Source: a virus (lineage: Duplodnaviria > Caudoviricetes). Taken from it: a stretch of DNA of 55,452 bases. The DNA is taken from the IMG/VR virus record IMGVR_UViG_3300021408_000080, positions 1-55,452 of that record. One strand, written 5' to 3'. Shown here piece after piece: positions 52,075-55,452 of the stretch (positions within the stretch are counted from its first letter, which is position 1; each line of letters opens with the position of its first letter). Made by a program: the position numbers and the translations under genes. The notes below the pieces were generated by a model. It was not told the origin of the DNA. It saw nothing but the letters and a program-made list of their open reading frames with translations, and ran no database searches.

Positions 52075-53196
52075 ATGGCCACCTCAGGCACCGTCAGCGG
52101 GCATCCCTACCCGATACGCAAATTGCTCGACCATGCCTTCATGAGGGCTGGTTACGAGGTGCAGAAGATCGTGCCCGAGGGCATGACGATCGCGCTTGAT
52201 CTGCTCTATACGCTCTGCACCGACCTCATCAACGCCGGCTTCCCGCTGTGGACGCGGCAATACCTGCTGCTCAACATCACGCGCTTCTCGCCCAACGTGA
52301 CGTTCCCGCGCGGTGTGGTCGATATTCTCCAGTCCTACTGGCGATCGCTCAATCCCTACCGAGGCGTCTGCACGGTCAACGGCGGCGGCCCTAACTCGAC
52401 GCTCTTCTCGACCGAGGAAGAGGCCGATGTGCCAATTACCAGCGTCATGGTCGATTTTACGACGGTGACCATCCTTAACACCATCGGCGTGCTGCTCGGC
52501 GGGGCGGTGGAGGTCACGACAAGCCTGACGGTTGAAACGTCAAGCGATGGGATCACCTGGACAAGCAGCCAGTTGCTTCCGTCAACCACGTTCGTGCCGG
52601 GCGATTGGTCGTATTTCGATCTCGACCCGTCGACCCAGTCTCAATACGTGCGCCTGGGCTACACCGGCCTGGGGCAGTTGGCCGTGAACCACCTGAACTT
52701 CGGCCTGGCGAACGGCGTCGATACCCCGCTCGGCATCGAGAACATCGACGACTACTTCACCTTGCCGAACAAGGCTCAACTGTCCAACCGGCCGGTCGTG
52801 GCCTATGTCGATCGCCAGATCACGGACGGCATTGATGGCCCGATCCTGAAAATCTGGGGCGTGCCTGATCAGTCCGCGTTTTTCTCCGGCACCATCACCG
52901 CTTTGACGCGGCGCTACATCCAGGACCCGGGCACTCTCCGCGATGACCTGGAGATCCCGCGGCGCTGGATCGAGTGCGTCCAGTGGACCTTGGCCGAGAA
53001 GATCCTGGCGGAGATCCCGGCCAGCATCCTGCTCGCCGACCCGCCGGAACTGACCGCGCTCAAGCTTCAGGAGCGCAAGCAGCGCCTGGAGTTGTGCGAG
53101 CGCCGCGCCAAGGAAGCCCGCCTGCTGGCCTGGTCGGAAGAGCGCACCAAGGCGCCGATCCGGATCACGCCAAACATTTCTCCGTACACAAAGTGA
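52075..53196 (+). CDS. Head-tail connector/adaptor-like protein with beta-sandwich insertion
   Basis: MATSGT...AFMRAG...GFPLWT; DDYFTLPNK...RP; RYIQDPG...EIPRRW. Confidence 0.7.
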   Translation: MATSGTVSGHPYPIRKLLDHAFMRAGYEVQKIVPEGMTIALDLLYTLCTDLINAGFPLWTRQYLLLNITRFSPNVTFPRGVVDILQSYWRSLNPYRGVCTVNGGGPNSTLFSTEEEADVPITSVMVDFTTVTILNTIGVLLGGAVEVTTSLTVETSSDGITWTSSQLLPSTTFVPGDWSYFDLDPSTQSQYVRLGYTGLGQLAVNHLNFGLANGVDTPLGIENIDDYFTLPNKAQLSNRPVVAYVDRQITDGIDGPILKIWGVPDQSAFFSGTITALTRRYIQDPGTLRDDLEIPRRWIECVQWTLAEKILAEIPASILLADPPELTALKLQERKQRLELCERRAKEARLLAWSEERTKAPIRITPNISPYTK

Positions 53197-53200
53197 TCCG

Positions 53201-53707
53201 ATGCCAAAATTTATCGACACCAGAGGCCGGACTAAGATCGCAATCGCGATCTGCGGACGCTGCTCGCTCAAGTTCCCCTACGACGAGCTCGTGGAAGACC
53301 TGAACATCCCGGGCCTGTGGGTGTGCAAGGACGACCAGGACAAGTTCGACCCGTGGCGCCTGCCGGCGCGCATGACCGAGGATATCAGCCTCGATCATCC
53401 GCGCCCGGACGTCGGGATTTCCGACCTGGGCCCGACGCCGCTCTACGGCACGAACCAGTTGGACCCGGTCGTCAACAACGTCTCGGTAGTGGGCGGGCGT
53501 CCCATCACCTCGCTGCGTCCCGCGCGCATCTGGCAACCGCGCACCTTCTATCGGAAGGGCGACACCATCGTGCCGAAGGACCCGAACGCAGACACGACCG
53601 TGCTGCCCCAGCCCATCATCGTGGTGCTCGAAGACGGCTGGAGCGGTGACGAGCCGCCCAACTGGCCCAAGGCGGCGGGCGTCTACTTCGAATCGGGCGA
53701 GCCCTGA
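53201..53707 (+). CDS. Cys-containing virion-module protein with CBM-like C-terminus
   Basis: AIAICGRCSLKFPY...GLWVC..D.FDPWRLP...PRPD; WQPRTFYRKGDTIV. Confidence 0.7.
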   Translation: MPKFIDTRGRTKIAIAICGRCSLKFPYDELVEDLNIPGLWVCKDDQDKFDPWRLPARMTEDISLDHPRPDVGISDLGPTPLYGTNQLDPVVNNVSVVGGRPITSLRPARIWQPRTFYRKGDTIVPKDPNADTTVLPQPIIVVLEDGWSGDEPPNWPKAAGVYFESGEP

Positions 53708-53907
53708 TGGCCACGCCGGAAGAAGACGTCGTTGCATCGAAACCTGTCGGCACCGACGAGCCCTCGCACGTGCTCAGGCGTCGCGGCCGTGAGCGCGATG
53801 GGATGCACGTCTCGCTGATGCAGTTCGAAGCGCGCCCCGAACGGCCGCCACCGTTGAAGATGATGACCATCGGCGGCGGCGGCGATGCCTCGATCGCGCT
53901 GAAATAG
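53707..53907 (+). CDS. Hypothetical protein
   Basis: TGATG-coupled. Confidence 0.45.
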   Translation: MATPEEDVVASKPVGTDEPSHVLRRRGRERDGMHVSLMQFEARPERPPPLKMMTIGGGGDASIALK

Positions 53908-53914
53908 GTGACCG

Positions 53915-54574
53915 ATGCCTGAAACCACCACATTCACCAGCCTCAAGAACGACGTGAAGGGCTATCTCGAACGGGGTGGATCGGCCGTGTCTGACCCTGA
54001 GGTGTTCGCGCAGATCCCGCGGCTCATCAATCTCTGCGAGCGCAATATCTCGGACCGCCTGAAGCTCCTGGGCCAGATCGAGATCCTGCGGGACCTCTCG
54101 GGCCTGGTCATCAACCAGCCGGTCATCACCAAGCCAGACCGTTGGCGTCAGACCGTGTCGTTCCATTTCGGCGCCAGCGTCGAGAATATGAGCATGACGC
54201 CGATCTTCCCGCGCTCTTACGAGTATTGCCGGATGTATTGGCCCAATCAGGCCGATGTCGGCGTGCCGGAGTTCTACGCGGACTACGACTATCAGCACTA
54301 CCTGATCGTGCCGACGCCGATAGCGACATACCCGCTCGAAGGCGTGTTCTACATGCAGCCGCAGCTGCTGGACGACGTGAACCAGACCAACTTCTTTTCG
54401 GTCTACACGCCAGCCGTCCTGCTCTACGGGACGCTGCTCGAGGCCGTGCCGTACCTCAAGAACGACGAGCGCATCCCCGTCTGGGAGAAGAAGTTCAACG
54501 AAGGCCTGGGGCTGCTCAACGGCCAGGATCTCCAGCGCATCCTCGACCGCGCGGTTGAAAGGAATCAGACATGA
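53915..54574 (+). CDS. Phage adaptor / tail tubular protein A-like
   Basis: TFTSLKNDVKGYLER...IPRLINLCE...PTP...LLYGTLLEAVPYLKNDERIPVW. Confidence 0.75.
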   Translation: MPETTTFTSLKNDVKGYLERGGSAVSDPEVFAQIPRLINLCERNISDRLKLLGQIEILRDLSGLVINQPVITKPDRWRQTVSFHFGASVENMSMTPIFPRSYEYCRMYWPNQADVGVPEFYADYDYQHYLIVPTPIATYPLEGVFYMQPQLLDDVNQTNFFSVYTPAVLLYGTLLEAVPYLKNDERIPVWEKKFNEGLGLLNGQDLQRILDRAVERNQT

Positions 54575-55452
54575 GTTGGCTCAACGTCTTCACGGGAGTC
54601 GCCCAGCGCTCGGCGTTCCCGGAATACGAACTCATCACGCCCACGGGCGATGTGACGCTGGTCTGGCCGACCGAAAGCATGTCGGGCGTTCCCTACGTGG
54701 CGGACTGGATCGACGTGAACTCGACGGACTGCGACTGGATTCGCATGCCCGATGCGCGCCAGGCGGCAACCGGTATCTCGCTGGTCATCGCCAACATCGG
54801 CACGGACGCCTTCGAACTCCAGGACAATATCGGCGGTCAGATCACGATGGTCGACCCGGGCACCGCCTGGGTCATCCTGTTGACCAACAACACGACGCAG
54901 GCGGGCCTCTGGCGCGTGGTGCAGCTGGGCGCCATGACGTCGGACGCGCAAGCCGGCGCGCTCGCCGGCGCTGGCCTGGAAGCGAACTACACGCTGCTCC
55001 GGTCCAAGATCGCCACAGTCTTCGCGGACGACACCGACCTCACCCTGACCGAGACGCACCGCGCCAATGCGATCGTGCTCCAGGGCCCGAACGATCACAC
55101 CTTCCAGTTGGCGGCCATCGGCAACGGGCTCTTGAGCACGCTGAAGCCCGGCTGGTGGGCCATGGTGACCAACGAGTCGAGCGGCGTCCTGACGATCGAT
55201 GCCTCTGGCACCGACACGATCAACGATGGCCTGCCCTCGTTCGATCTCCCGCCCGCAACCACGGATCTGCGCTACAGCGCGATCATCGTCGCCTCATCGA
55301 CCGGCTTCCACGTCTTCGGCGCGCAACCGATCCCGGTCCCGATCTCAGCGGGCGGCACCGGCGCGACCACGGCGCTGGGCGCGCTTCAGAACTTCGGCGG
55401 CACTGCCCTTGGCATCGCGATCTTCACCGCGCCGTCGGCCGCGGCGGTCCTG
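54571..55452 (+). CDS. Tail fibre/structural protein, runs off right edge (not in ORF track)
   Basis: ATG at 54571 overlaps the upstream stop; MSWLNVFTG...LVWP...MPDARQAATG...; reads as open to the window end, with a PISAGGTGATT fibre-type motif. Confidence 0.8.
   Translation, partial: MSWLNVFTGVAQRSAFPEYELITPTGDVTLVWPTESMSGVPYVADWIDVNSTDCDWIRMPDARQAATGISLVIANIGTDAFELQDNIGGQITMVDPGTAWVILLTNNTTQAGLWRVVQLGAMTSDAQAGALAGAGLEANYTLLRSKIATVFADDTDLTLTETHRANAIVLQGPNDHTFQLAAIGNGLLSTLKPGWWAMVTNESSGVLTIDASGTDTINDGLPSFDLPPATTDLRYSAIIVASSTGFHVFGAQPIPVPISAGGTGATTALGALQNFGGTALGIAIFTAPSAAAVL

Larger units (their letters stand above)
1..55452. mobile_element. Tailed dsDNA phage/prophage segment (alphaproteobacterial host inferred)
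   Basis: Terminase, portal, major capsid, DnaB plus initiator, dense ATGA-coupled small ORFs, no host housekeeping operons. Confidence 0.95.

Overview
The whole window reads as one segment of a GC-rich tailed dsDNA phage or prophage of an alphaproteobacterial host. The host inference rests on GapR-, EcfG- and GcrA-like sequences. The virion module is podovirus-like: terminase, portal, GroES-like, scaffold, capsid, adaptor. Layout from left to right: a short leftward arm (coiled-coil protein, PolA-type 5'-3' exonuclease); a divergent switch with a Cro-like HTH; a regulation and replication block (GapR-like, RuvC-like, ECF sigma, DNA methyltransferase, GcrA-HTH::Gp88-like fusion, ProQ/FinO, DnaB, initiator with an internal iteron origin); about 14 kb of small coupled accessory ORFs (radical SAM, DUF5131, YkgJ, two ASCH/PUA-like, an acyl carrier protein); a frameshifted small terminase; large terminase; portal; a candidate anti-defence island (Acb2/Tad1-like, Tad2, KTSC, an atypical CAT tRNA, Lar-like); then head genes, a spike-like protein ending in a nucleoside-hydrolase-like domain, two proteins built on a repeated [FYL]xxGGx[VI] motif, and head-tail joining genes. 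I saw no integrase, CRISPR array or rRNA. All family calls come from recognising motifs by eye, not from database searches, and several starts were re-chosen from overlap or RBS evidence.
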